Source: Chloroflexota bacterium
GTDB lineage: Bacteria; Chloroflexota; UBA6077; FW602-bin22; JAMCVK01
Length of the DNA stretch: 64,000 nt
Direction of reading: 5' to 3'
Assembly (NCBI GenBank): GCA_023475225.1
Contig: JAMCVK010000035.1
Location: 11,212-75,211, forward strand
The notes beneath the pieces are model-generated. The model had not been told where the DNA came from. It searched no databases and was given only the letters and a program-made list of their open reading frames with translations. The position numbers were made by a program, and so were the translations under genes. Position 1 is the first letter of the stretch; every line of letters begins with the position of its first letter. Below are positions 35,510 to 45,061 of the stretch, piece by piece.

Positions 35510-36226
35510 GTGACAACGGAACCCATCCTGCCAATAGCCATCGCTTTTGCTGCCGGCGTGCTCTCTTTTATCTCGCCCTGTTTTCTGCCGCTTGTACCTG
35601 TATATATTAGCTACCTGGCTGATTCAGCTCTCACCGATGAGCAGGGCTACAAAAGGATGGCAGCTGTCCTACATACCCTTCTATTTGCGGCCGGTTTTTC
35701 GCTCATCTTCATCAGTCTTGGTGCCTCGGTCAGTTTCCTTGGCTATCTCATATACGGTTATATACCGATCATCAGAAAAATAGGTGGGGTCATCCTAATC
35801 ATCCTGGGGCTCCAAGTGGCCGGGCTATTACAGATTCCGGCGCTCTCCAAGGAGAAACGCCTCCATTTCGGACACGAATTATCCCATGGCTACCTGACTT
35901 CCTTTCTCCTGGGATCCGTCTTCGCCTTCAGCTGGACGCCCTGTGTTGGGCCGACGCTTGGGGCTATCCTGCTTCTGGCTGGTACACTACAGACAGTGTG
36001 GCAGGGTAGCACTCTGCTGGCCGTTTATTCCTTAGGACTGGCCTTCCCCTTTTTACTGGCTGCCCTGTGGCTAAGTGCCGCTGTCCGCTTGGTAGGCCAG
36101 TGGCGAAATCGGCTTCGCTTTATGCCTTTCGTAACAGGATTTTTTCTGATCGCTTTGGGACTGCTCATCCTCACCGACCAATTGTCATGGCTATCGTCGC
36201 TGATCAGCTTTGGAATTTCATTTTAG
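35510..36226 (+). CDS. ccdA: cytochrome c biogenesis / thiol-disulfide transfer membrane protein CcdA (DsbD TM-domain family)
   Basis: The two conserved Cys-containing helices are (SFISPCFLPLVPVY and SWTPCVGPTLGAIL). The start is set at GTG 35510, 7 nt after GGAGG. The ORF track starts at 35486. Confidence 0.8.
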   Translation: MTTEPILPIAIAFAAGVLSFISPCFLPLVPVYISYLADSALTDEQGYKRMAAVLHTLLFAAGFSLIFISLGASVSFLGYLIYGYIPIIRKIGGVILIILGLQVAGLLQIPALSKEKRLHFGHELSHGYLTSFLLGSVFAFSWTPCVGPTLGAILLLAGTLQTVWQGSTLLAVYSLGLAFPFLLAALWLSAAVRLVGQWRNRLRFMPFVTGFFLIALGLLILTDQLSWLSSLISFGISF

Positions 36227-36296
36227 GCTATCTTGCCCCATTTGGTTCACAAGGTAAGTGATGAAGGATAATCAGATGTCACCAAAGGGCAGCTAA

Positions 36297-37250
36297 ATGA
36301 GATTACGACTTTACACTATTAATTTCATCGTCATCTTGTGTATGACCCTATCCTTAGGTTTGGGATGCCGCACACTCTCAGGCTATCCTACAGCGATGCC
36401 AACAGCTCTCTCCACATCCACAAACAATATGCCTGTATCTGGAATTACAGAACCAACCGAGAGTTATCCAGGTCTACGGCCTCCTAGGGAAGCATCCATC
36501 CCGCAGTCTACTGCCACCCCACTTCCTAACTCCCCCACAACCCCGTCTCCGACCCCCTCGCCCGTGAGCACACCAATCCCACTGCCCACCGCAACAGCTA
36601 CACTAAAGAGCGCGCCCGCAGCCGATGGCCTTCCTATACAAATGCCGACCGAGGCGAAGGTGATAGTCCGGGGTAATCCGAATTCCCCTTATGTAGCCCT
36701 CACCTTTGATCTCGGAGGTGCACCCGGCAGTACGGCTGTCGTCCTGGAAATACTACGCCAGAACAGTATTAAGTCCACCTTCTTCACCACAGGGGAATGG
36801 GCTGAGGCGAATCCAGCCCTCTTAAAACAAATTGTGGCTGATGGACACGAACTGGGAAACCATAGCTACTCTCACCCAAACTTCACTAAACTGAGCGAGG
36901 CACAGATGTTGAGCGAAATAAAGCGTACCGCGGAGGTGATACGGCGCCTCACCGGGATTAGCCCCAAGCCCTATTTTCGCCCCCCGTTCGGTGCCTACGA
37001 TCAACGCCTTCTCAGACTACTATCCAGAGAGGGCTATCAGTGCATCTACTGGACGCTAGATTCCACTGACTGGCGCAATGATTCTACCACCCAGAGTGTG
37101 ATCCAAAGAGTGGTCAACAATGTCAAAGGGGGTACCATCGTCATCAACCATGCCGCACTAGAAAAGACTGCTCAGGCCTTGCCTGAAATCATCAAGGGGA
37201 TAAAGGCCAAGGGATATCGCTTCGGCACTCTCTCGCAAGTTTTAGAGTAA
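36297..37250 (+). CDS. polysaccharide deacetylase (NodB-type) lipoprotein with Pro/Thr/Ser linker
   Basis: A lipobox-like LGLGC is followed by a PTS-rich spacer. NodB motifs are TFDLG, HSYSHP and RPPFGAY. Confidence 0.8.
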   Translation: MRLRLYTINFIVILCMTLSLGLGCRTLSGYPTAMPTALSTSTNNMPVSGITEPTESYPGLRPPREASIPQSTATPLPNSPTTPSPTPSPVSTPIPLPTATATLKSAPAADGLPIQMPTEAKVIVRGNPNSPYVALTFDLGGAPGSTAVVLEILRQNSIKSTFFTTGEWAEANPALLKQIVADGHELGNHSYSHPNFTKLSEAQMLSEIKRTAEVIRRLTGISPKPYFRPPFGAYDQRLLRLLSREGYQCIYWTLDSTDWRNDSTTQSVIQRVVNNVKGGTIVINHAALEKTAQALPEIIKGIKAKGYRFGTLSQVLE

Positions 37251-37269
37251 GGCTGCATACTACAAACAA

Positions 37270-37575
37270 ATGGCGAAGCTCAAGATACGCCTACAACCCA
37301 ACTCGTCGAGGAATAGCATAGAGCGCTTCGAGCAGGGGATCCTGAAAGTTAAGGTGACTGCGCCACCGATTGAGGGACGGGCAAACGAAGCCTTGATTGA
37401 GTTGCTGGCTAAGGCACTATGCCTCAGTCAGCCGGATATCGTGATTTTGCACGGTGCGAGGGGGCGAGATAAACTTATCAACGTGCCCATCCTGAGTGAG
37501 GAACAGCTCCTCGAGCGCTTAAAACCCAGTCAGCGAAGCGAGTATAAGACGGTGCAAAAACATGAGCAGGAATAG
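37270..37575 (+). CDS. DUF167 (YggU) family protein
   Basis: The core is KVKVTAPPIEGRANEALIELLAKAL in a 101-aa ORF. The 3' end overlaps convergent yggT by 57 nt. Confidence 0.7.
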   Translation: MAKLKIRLQPNSSRNSIERFEQGILKVKVTAPPIEGRANEALIELLAKALCLSQPDIVILHGARGRDKLINVPILSEEQLLERLKPSQRSEYKTVQKHEQE

Positions 37576-37803
37576 AGCAACGATAGGGGTGATGTCGATC
37601 ATCCCTAGTGGTGGAATCACGCGCCGTAACGGAGCCAGGATTGGTTCTGTAACCTCATAGAGAAGACGCACTAGCGGGTTCTCCGGACCAATCCCAAACC
37701 AGGACAGAAGAGCCCTAGCCAGGATCGCTATAGTCAAAGCATTAAATAGGAGATCTATAAAATTGTAGAACCAGGTCGTCATTACCCTCACCCCCTTCAG
37801 CAC
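37519..37803 (-). CDS. yggT: YggT family membrane protein
   Basis: The 94-aa ORF has two hydrophobic segments and the central motif EPILAPLRRVIPPLGMIDITPIVA. Confidence 0.8.
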   Translation of the reverse strand: MLKGVRVMTTWFYNFIDLLFNALTIAILARALLSWFGIGPENPLVRLLYEVTEPILAPLRRVIPPLGMIDITPIVALFLLMFLHRLILASLTGF

Positions 37804-38019
37804 ATCGGCTAAATCTTTACCTCTATATCGGTGGCATCTCTATGGCAGCTAACCCCCAAGTCGTCTTCTCTTGGGATTTCCCCTCTCGACTACCCTCGAT
37901 GGGAGAAGGGTAGCACCTGACTGGTGATACCCTCTAACTCAGGTAAAGAACCAGGCCCGTCGGGACTCCCGATTGTGTGCTTAAGATGACTGACATTGTA
38001 GTACGGCTGCCCCCTGATT

Positions 38020-38757
38020 TCAACGGGGCGATCCGAAGATGGCCCGTCCTAAGCGGACTAAGGTAGCACCTTCTTCGATAGCTACCTCAAAATCGTCGGT
38101 CATTCCCATAGAGAGATGGGACCACCTAAGCGCGGGGAAGGCTTGTCTCAACTCATCGCGCAGCTCACGGAGACGACGAAGGATAGGACGGGCATCTTCA
38201 GGATCAGCCACGATGGGAGCTATAGTCATTAACCCCCTAATCTGGATACCAGGCAAGCAGGCGATTTCAGATACGGCCGCTGGCACATCCTCCGCTGAAA
38301 ACCCAAATTTAGTGGCCTCACCGGATATATTCACTTGCAGGAGGATAGGCACCATTAGTCCTAACTTCAGGGCGCAATCGCTGATAGCTGTGGCCAGCCT
38401 CAGGCTATCTACAGAGTGAATGAAGTCGAAGAGCTTTACGGCCGCTTTAGCTTTATTTGTTTGAAGGTGTCCGACCATATGCCAATGTATATCTGTCTGC
38501 GCGGTTGGACTGGTAGGAATCTGCGACCTCAAAAGGGTGACCTTCGCTTGAGCTTCTTGCACACGATTCTCCCCAAAGTGGCGCAGGCCGAGTTTGTAAG
38601 CCAACATGATCCGTTCGACATCGATGGCCTTGGTTACAGCGACGATAGTCACCTCATCTGGATCGCGACTCACCCTTTGGGCAGCCAGCGCCACTCGGCG
38701 GCGTACGTCCCGCAGGTTCTGCTCAATGTCCCACATAAGTCGATATCCCAATCCCAC
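38020..38757 (-). CDS. yggS: YggS-family pyridoxal-phosphate homeostasis protein
   Basis: Present are the VAVTKAIDVE (PLP Lys) motif, HMVGHLQTNK and LSMGMTDDFE. Confidence 0.85.
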   Translation of the reverse strand: MGLGYRLMWDIEQNLRDVRRRVALAAQRVSRDPDEVTIVAVTKAIDVERIMLAYKLGLRHFGENRVQEAQAKVTLLRSQIPTSPTAQTDIHWHMVGHLQTNKAKAAVKLFDFIHSVDSLRLATAISDCALKLGLMVPILLQVNISGEATKFGFSAEDVPAAVSEIACLPGIQIRGLMTIAPIVADPEDARPILRRLRELRDELRQAFPALRWSHLSMGMTDDFEVAIEEGATLVRLGRAIFGSPR

Positions 38758-38765
38758 TGAAATAG

Positions 38766-39590
38766 TCAGTGCAACCCGATTATAGCCGCGAAGCGGCCGG
38801 TACGCCCACGCTCTCTTCGATGGGAGAAAAAATCCCCAACCCGACAGCTGGTGCAGATACGAGTCACTTCTAAGTGAGTCTCGTTGACCCCTGCTTCAAG
38901 AATAGCATGATGGTTGAGATTCCATAAATCCAAATGCCGTCTCCCATCAACCTGGTGGGCAACATCGTCAAGGTGGTCACCCCAGGCTCGGCTGACGAGC
39001 GCCATAACCTCATCGCCCACCTCATAACAGCAGGGACCAATGGATGGCCCAATCCCAATAATCAAGTCCGCTGGATCTGTGCCAAAGTCCTGAGTCATTT
39101 TCCCCACAACATGACGGGCGATCTGATTTACCGTACCTTTCCATCCGGCGTGAGCCAGGCCGACCGCTCTTTTGACCGGGTCATAGAACAGCAAAGGTAC
39201 GCAGTCGGCGAAGGTGATCAGCAGAAAAAGACCTGGGCTATCGGTGATTAAGGCGTCACTTACTGGTATACCGGTCCCACCTCTCAGTGCGCCCTGTCCC
39301 TTATCGTTACTGCTGACTACGGCAACGTTACAGCTATGAGCCAGCTGAGGGACCACTATAGCCTCCGCTGGAATGTTGAGAGCCCGGCATAGAATAGCAC
39401 GATTAGACACAACGTTATCTGTTGCGTCGCCTACGGAGAAGCTCATATTCAGGGACCTGTATATTCCATTACTGACGCCGCCGTGACGCGTGGAAATAGC
39501 GTGAATGATCTCCTTGTATCTCACTAAATTCTCAAACTGCAAATAGACCAGGTCACCCGCTTGGTGCCTAATCAAATTGGTCGTCTCCAA
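38766..39590 (-). CDS. pgeF: peptidoglycan editing factor PgeF / YfiH (DUF152, laccase-domain protein)
   Basis: Present are ADCVPL, HAGWKGT and CTSC...FFSHRR. Confidence 0.85.
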   Translation of the reverse strand: METTNLIRHQAGDLVYLQFENLVRYKEIIHAISTRHGGVSNGIYRSLNMSFSVGDATDNVVSNRAILCRALNIPAEAIVVPQLAHSCNVAVVSSNDKGQGALRGGTGIPVSDALITDSPGLFLLITFADCVPLLFYDPVKRAVGLAHAGWKGTVNQIARHVVGKMTQDFGTDPADLIIGIGPSIGPCCYEVGDEVMALVSRAWGDHLDDVAHQVDGRRHLDLWNLNHHAILEAGVNETHLEVTRICTSCRVGDFFSHRRERGRTGRFAAIIGLH

Positions 39591-39593
39591 TCA

Positions 39594-41339
39594 CTAATTG
39601 TAGGCTGGAATCCGGGCGAAGTCGGGTGGGCAGACACCACATTTCCGGCATCCCCTTGCTGGACACGGATCTGTAACCAGTAGCCGTTCGCTTTCGACTA
39701 ATTCGCGACGCAAAAATGCTTTGCTGACATTCACATCAATCGTTGACCAAGGCAACACTTCATTGTCTTGGCGCTGACGGGTGGTGTAGAACGATTGGTC
39801 AAGCCCGCTCTCCTTCATTGCTCTAACCCAGGCGGTGGTTGATACCTCGTGGATTGCAGACAAGGCCCTAGCCATACGCCGATCCCCTCGTGCCAGCGCT
39901 GCTTGAACGGTAGCCCAGGCCGGACTTTCCACCCTAATCACGATACCCTGTTGTCCCTTCAATCCCATCTTGATCAGGTGGATGCGCTCAGTCATCTCCT
40001 CGCTGGGAAGCATTGGTAGCCATTGGAAAGGCGTTTGGGCCTTCGGTACAAAAGGGGTGAGGTTCACTGTAAGATTAGGTGCGGCTCCCCCTTTTTCAAT
40101 CCGCCTCTTTATGGCCAGGGTCAGTTTGGATACCTCCTTGACGTCTTCCTCTGTCTCTGTCGGCAAACCGACCATATAATATAGTTTCACTCTATCTATT
40201 TTATAGTGAGCGATCAGGTCAATAGCCCGTAAGACCTCATCGATGGAGATATTTTTGTTGATCAATCTCTGGAGACGCTCAGAGCCAGTTTCCGGTGCGA
40301 TGGTGATTGTTCGTATGCCACTCTCTACTAAGGCGTTAAGAAGTTGTTCAGATTGCGGATCGATGCGCAGGGAGGCGACGGCCACTTTTGCTCCCAACCT
40401 ACGCAACCCGGTGGACAGCTCACCAATGGCAGAATAATCGGAGATCGCAGCCCCTACCAGCCCTATGCGCCGACGATAGCGCATCCCATCTTTAGCTTGC
40501 TCTAAAAGGCGGGCGACGGATCGTTCGCGCATAGGGCGATAAGAATAACCGGCCAGGCAGAAACGGCAGCCCCGGCTACAGCCGCGGGCGATCTCTATCA
40601 GGTACATATCGCCCAGCTCCGTATCAGGCGTGAGCACCACCGAGGTGGTGGCGAAGTCGTCCAGATCTAAGGCCCATTGTCGCTGGACAGGCAGAGGAAT
40701 CGCCCTGCGCTTCCGTTTTATTGAGGCTATAGAGCCATCAGTGGCATATTCAACCTCGTAAAATTTCGGGATATAAACGCCGGGAATCTTAGCCAGGGCC
40801 GCCAGTAATTCCTCTCTTCGGTCACTGATATGGTGCTCCAACTCAGATATAACACCCGGTAAGATCGCCTCGGCCTCCCCTATGATGAGCGCATCGAAAA
40901 AAGGGGCTAGTGGCTCTGGATTAGCGAAGACGCATGGTCCACCGGCCATTACTAATGGGTGAGCCTCAGTGCGCTCCTCAGCCAACAGGGGAATCTTAGC
41001 CCCCCTAAGAGATGAGATAACATTAAAGTAATCGAGTTCGAAAGATACGGAGAAGGCGATAACAGCAAACTCAGACAATTCACGCTGGCTCTCCAGCGAG
41101 AGAAGAGGTTCCTCCCGAGACGAAGGGTCGGAGGGATCATAAAAGGCACGCTCGCAAACGATATTGTCCTGACGATTAAGTAATCCGTGGACCGTTTGGA
41201 ATCCCAAACTGGACATTCCAACATAATAAGAGTTTGGATAAACAAGGGCGATCGGTATCCGTCCGCCCCAGTCCTTGCTGATGGTTCCCACCTCTCGTGC
41301 GAGCCTACGCCTCGCCTTAGCAATGCGTTCCCAGCTCAC
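39594..41339 (-). CDS. B12-binding-domain radical SAM protein
   Basis: Present is the EIARGCSRGCRFCLAGY (CxxxCxxC) motif, plus an N-terminal Rossmann-like B12-binding-type region. Length is 581 aa. Confidence 0.75.
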   Translation of the reverse strand: MSWERIAKARRRLAREVGTISKDWGGRIPIALVYPNSYYVGMSSLGFQTVHGLLNRQDNIVCERAFYDPSDPSSREEPLLSLESQRELSEFAVIAFSVSFELDYFNVISSLRGAKIPLLAEERTEAHPLVMAGGPCVFANPEPLAPFFDALIIGEAEAILPGVISELEHHISDRREELLAALAKIPGVYIPKFYEVEYATDGSIASIKRKRRAIPLPVQRQWALDLDDFATTSVVLTPDTELGDMYLIEIARGCSRGCRFCLAGYSYRPMRERSVARLLEQAKDGMRYRRRIGLVGAAISDYSAIGELSTGLRRLGAKVAVASLRIDPQSEQLLNALVESGIRTITIAPETGSERLQRLINKNISIDEVLRAIDLIAHYKIDRVKLYYMVGLPTETEEDVKEVSKLTLAIKRRIEKGGAAPNLTVNLTPFVPKAQTPFQWLPMLPSEEMTERIHLIKMGLKGQQGIVIRVESPAWATVQAALARGDRRMARALSAIHEVSTTAWVRAMKESGLDQSFYTTRQRQDNEVLPWSTIDVNVSKAFLRRELVESERLLVTDPCPARGCRKCGVCPPDFARIPAYN

Positions 41340-41394
41340 CTCAGGCCTTAACTTGTCTATTATTCAAGTTCGAAGGCTACCTCCACGGCGATGC

Positions 41395-41964
41395 TTACTT
41401 ATCTTCATAGTTGAGATAGAAACGACTAGGCGTTGGGCCCGTCTGCCCTTGATATTTACTCTGGAGGCCTTTGGAACCGTAAGGTTTCTCGACACTGGTG
41501 GTCATCCGAAAGAATGAAATCTGGCCGATCTTCATCTTATAGTAAAGCGTAATTGGCAGGTTAGCGACATTGCTGAGCTCAAGGGTCAAATTGCCGCACC
41601 AACCGGGATCCACATAACCAGCGGTTGAGTGGATCAAAAGTCCCAATCGGCCGAGGGAGCTTTTGCCCTCCAGCCTGGCAACCAGGTAAGTGGGGAGAGC
41701 TACATACTCAAATGTGCTGCCCAAAACGAATTCCCCGGGATGAAGGATGAATGGTACATCCTCTGGCACCTCGACCAGGTCTGTCAGATCATCCATATTC
41801 TTGCGAACATCAATATAGGGGTAACGCGAGTTTCGGAAAACACGGAACTTGTTGTCCAAATGAAGATCAATGCTGGATGGCTGAATAGACTTCGGGTCAA
41901 ACGGCTCGATTATGATATGTCCCTTTCTAATCTCTTCCCTGATTGTTCTATCACTTAATACCAT
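41395..41964 (-). CDS. dcd: dCTP deaminase
   Basis: The N-terminus is [10 protein letters not shown]...I.PSSIDL, followed by [10 protein letters not shown] and GNLTLE in a 189-aa ORF. Confidence 0.85.
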   Translation of the reverse strand: MVLSDRTIREEIRKGHIIIEPFDPKSIQPSSIDLHLDNKFRVFRNSRYPYIDVRKNMDDLTDLVEVPEDVPFILHPGEFVLGSTFEYVALPTYLVARLEGKSSLGRLGLLIHSTAGYVDPGWCGNLTLELSNVANLPITLYYKMKIGQISFFRMTTSVEKPYGSKGLQSKYQGQTGPTPSRFYLNYEDK

Positions 41965-41985
41965 ATGGATAGATCCCTTTCTAGT

Positions 41986-44223
41986 CTAACCGCACTTGGA
42001 ATAACCACAGGACCGGCAGACGAAGCAGCCATCAACATACTCGATAAGACTGCTGCATTCCGGACACTCGCCCGCGATATTCCTGACCGTCACCGTGGTA
42101 TTAGCCAGACTGGTATCCTGCTTATCACAGTCTCCGTTTTTTGAGTATTTCTCCAAAACTTTGCTGACGGCATCCGGACAAGACAGTATGACACTCCCTT
42201 CCCGCCAGGCTATAGAGGGACACCTGATACCCTTCAATTGCCTCACTATCGAGTCAGGATCTACCCCTGAACGCAGGGCGAGGGAGATCAAACGCGCCAC
42301 AGCCTCTGCTTGGGCAGCAGCACAACCACCGGCCTTGCCCATTTGAGTGAAGACCTCACAAATGCCCTGATCGTCTGAATTCACGGTCACATAGAGATTG
42401 CCACAGCCTGTACTCACCTTCTCTGTGCTTCCTGTCGTTACAGTTGGTCGCGGTCGCGGTACTATTCTCGTCACAGCTGTCGCCTCCTTCTTTTTTACAG
42501 TTAGCACCTGTTTGTCTCGGCTGCGATCACGGTAAATGGTTATTCCCTTACAACCCTCCTGATAAGCCAGCAAATAAGCCCGGCGTACATCTTCCACGGT
42601 AGCGTCATGGGGGAAGTTAACCGTCTTTGAGACGGCATTATCGGTGTACTTCTGAAAAGCCGCTTGCATCCTCACATGCCATTCCGGGCTTACATCGTGA
42701 GCGGTGACGAAGATACGACGTACGTGGCTGGGAATCTCCGCCATATCTTGAATGGAACCTTTGTCGGCGATAGCTTCCATCAAAGATACACTGTAGAAAC
42801 CCTCCTCCCGTGCTATCTTCTCAAAAGCGGGATTCACTTCCAATAGATGGTCGTTATCCAGGATATTACGAACGTAACTAAGGGCAAACAGGGGTTCGAT
42901 CCCACTAGAGCAGTTGGCGATGATACTCAAGGTTCCGGTGGGGGCGATGGTGGTTATAGTGGCGTTGCGTAAGGATAAACCATCGGTTACATCGTAGATG
43001 CTACCCTGAAAATTTGGAAGGACACCACGCTCTTTAGCCAGTTCCACAGACACAAAGCGCGCCTTATCTCTGATGAAGCACATCAGATTTCTGGCAATCT
43101 CTAAATCTGCTTCAGAATCGTAAGGTATACCCAAAGCGATCAGCATATCAGCAAAGCCCATAACTCCGAGTCCGATTTTGCGATTTGCCTTAGTCATCTC
43201 GGCGATGATGGGCAATGGATAACGATTGACATCGATAACATTATCGAGGAAACGGACAGCTGTATTGATAGTCCTTTCCAGCTTGGCATAATCGATACTC
43301 GGCGTTCCATCCTTCTCGCAGACCATCTTGGCCAGATTGATGGATCCGAGGTTACAGGATTCGTAAGGTAACAGCGGTTGTTCACCGCAAGGATTCGTGC
43401 TCTCAATAGCTCCAATCTTAGGCGTAGGATTATCTTTGTTAATCCTATCTAGAAAGACTATACCTGGTTCGCCACTGCTCCAAGCCGTCTCGACGATCAA
43501 ATTGAATACATTTCTAGCTGAAAGTTTTCCGACCGTCTGTCCGGTCCGGGGATTAATCAGATCGTAGTCGGCTCCCCTATCAACAGCTTCCATAAAAGCT
43601 TCGGAGATAGCTACAGACAGGTTGAAGTTGTTAAAGGCATCGCTCTCTTCTTTAGCCGTAATAAACTCCAAGATATCGGGATGGTCAACAGATAGAATGG
43701 CCATGTTTGCCCCACGTCGCGTGCCACCCTGTTTGACTGCATCGGTGGCTGCATTGAATACTTTCATAAAAGAAAGTGGCCCGCTGGCCACGCCACCCGT
43801 TGACCTGACCCTATCGCCCTTGGGGCGCAGCCGGCTGAAAGAGAAACCGGTGCCACCACCAGATTGATGAATAAGGGCGGTATTTTTGATGGTCTCGAAG
43901 ATAGAAACCATAGAATCTTCGATAGGAAGCACGAAACAGGCCGACAATTGTTGGAGTTCTCGCCCGGCGTTCATCAAAGTAGGGGAGTTAGGCAAGAATT
44001 CTAGACTGGCCATCGCCTGGTAGAACTCCTCTTCCTTTTCAGCTACTCTTGCTTTAGCCTTAGGGTCGTAGATTAGCTCCGCGCTGGCGATGTTCTGAGC
44101 TACTCGTCGGAACATCTCTGCCGGCGTCTCAACTACCTGGCCCTGGTCATCCTTCTTCAAATATCTTCGTTCCAGAACGGTTAAGGCATTCTTGGTCAAC
44201 TGAGGCTCGATAGCTTCTGGCAT
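41986..44223 (-). CDS. nrdJ: class II (adenosylcobalamin-dependent) ribonucleotide reductase
   Basis: Present are the active-site region NPCGEQPLLPYESCNLGSINL, GGGTGFSFS, and a C-terminal 4-Cys zinc-ribbon (CPEC...CRSCG). Confidence 0.9.
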   Translation of the reverse strand: MPEAIEPQLTKNALTVLERRYLKKDDQGQVVETPAEMFRRVAQNIASAELIYDPKAKARVAEKEEEFYQAMASLEFLPNSPTLMNAGRELQQLSACFVLPIEDSMVSIFETIKNTALIHQSGGGTGFSFSRLRPKGDRVRSTGGVASGPLSFMKVFNAATDAVKQGGTRRGANMAILSVDHPDILEFITAKEESDAFNNFNLSVAISEAFMEAVDRGADYDLINPRTGQTVGKLSARNVFNLIVETAWSSGEPGIVFLDRINKDNPTPKIGAIESTNPCGEQPLLPYESCNLGSINLAKMVCEKDGTPSIDYAKLERTINTAVRFLDNVIDVNRYPLPIIAEMTKANRKIGLGVMGFADMLIALGIPYDSEADLEIARNLMCFIRDKARFVSVELAKERGVLPNFQGSIYDVTDGLSLRNATITTIAPTGTLSIIANCSSGIEPLFALSYVRNILDNDHLLEVNPAFEKIAREEGFYSVSLMEAIADKGSIQDMAEIPSHVRRIFVTAHDVSPEWHVRMQAAFQKYTDNAVSKTVNFPHDATVEDVRRAYLLAYQEGCKGITIYRDRSRDKQVLTVKKKEATAVTRIVPRPRPTVTTGSTEKVSTGCGNLYVTVNSDDQGICEVFTQMGKAGGCAAAQAEAVARLISLALRSGVDPDSIVRQLKGIRCPSIAWREGSVILSCPDAVSKVLEKYSKNGDCDKQDTSLANTTVTVRNIAGECPECSSLIEYVDGCFVCRSCGYSKCG

Positions 44224-44244
44224 CTCGGCTCCCCTTTCACGGTC

Positions 44245-44736
44245 TCAGAGTTTCAACTCAAGCTGACGCTTATCCTCAAGCGCCCTTCTTTTCCACTCTC
44301 GAAGTTCTTCTATTTCGGCGATGAGGCTTTCCACGTCCGTAAATTGGCGGTAAACGGAAGCGAATCGTACATAAGCAACCTCATCCAGTTGCCGTAGGCG
44401 AGACATAACCATTTCCCCAATTACCTGGCTGGGAACCTCTGGCTGTCCCATCTTAAAAAGTTCCAGCTCGATCTCATCCACGAGCTGCTGCATCCGATCG
44501 ACCGATATGGGACGCTTGGTGCAGGCCTTGCGGATACCCTCAAATAGCTTATGACTATCGAATTCTTCCCGCCGACCATCCTTCTTCACCACTAATAACC
44601 TGGCCTGTTCTACTCTTTCATAGGTAGTGAATCTAAGCCCGCACTTTAAGCACTCGCGCCGTCGTCTTATAGCCTGATCCAGCTCCCGCGAATCAACGAC
44701 TTTTGAGTCACCATGCCCGCAGTATGGACACTGCAT
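44245..44736 (-). CDS. nrdR: transcriptional repressor NrdR
   Basis: The zinc-ribbon is MQCPYCGH...[12 protein letters not shown] and is followed by an ATP-cone. Confidence 0.95.
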   Translation of the reverse strand: MQCPYCGHGDSKVVDSRELDQAIRRRRECLKCGLRFTTYERVEQARLLVVKKDGRREEFDSHKLFEGIRKACTKRPISVDRMQQLVDEIELELFKMGQPEVPSQVIGEMVMSRLRQLDEVAYVRFASVYRQFTDVESLIAEIEELREWKRRALEDKRQLELKL

Positions 44737-44801
44737 CTTCTGCCCCCAATTTATTCACAACCGCCCTGTAGTGAGGCCTCCAGGAATCGCCCACTCCTCC
44801 A

Positions 44802-44856
44802 GTACTATATATTGTATCCTAATATAAAATATAGCACAATATATTGTGAATGTCAA
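44802..44856 (-). promoter_or_regulatory. nrdR-nrdJ promoter with two NrdR boxes
   Basis: The minus strand reads TTGACA (44856-44851), a 17-nt spacer, then TATATT (44833-44828). Box 2, cacaatatattgtg (44835-44848), is a perfect palindrome that fills the spacer. Box 1, actatatattgt (44804-44815), lies just downstream. The centre-to-centre distance is 32 bp. Confidence 0.75.
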
Positions 44857-44917
44857 GAGCTTAATCTCTGAATTTTCTCTGAGAATTTTTTGTGTTGTCA
44901 ATCACGAGGGGACAGGT

Positions 44918-44950
44918 TTTTAGAGCGCCAGCGACGCTGGCGCTCTAAAA
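44918..44950. other. 33-nt perfect palindrome / 16-bp hairpin between ftsZ and the nrdR promoter
   Basis: The sequence is ttttagagcgccagcg a cgctggcgctctaaaa. The T-run precedes and the A-run follows the GC stem on both strands, so it is not a canonical intrinsic terminator. Confidence 0.6.
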
Positions 44951-45061
44951 CAATGAAAAAGAGGCAGCTTAAAAGATGAGCACATACCCACGGGCATCTT
45001 TGAACCGCAGGTAGAGCTACCGCGCTTGTTGAGTCACCGTTTCTCGACTGCAAACAGCCCC

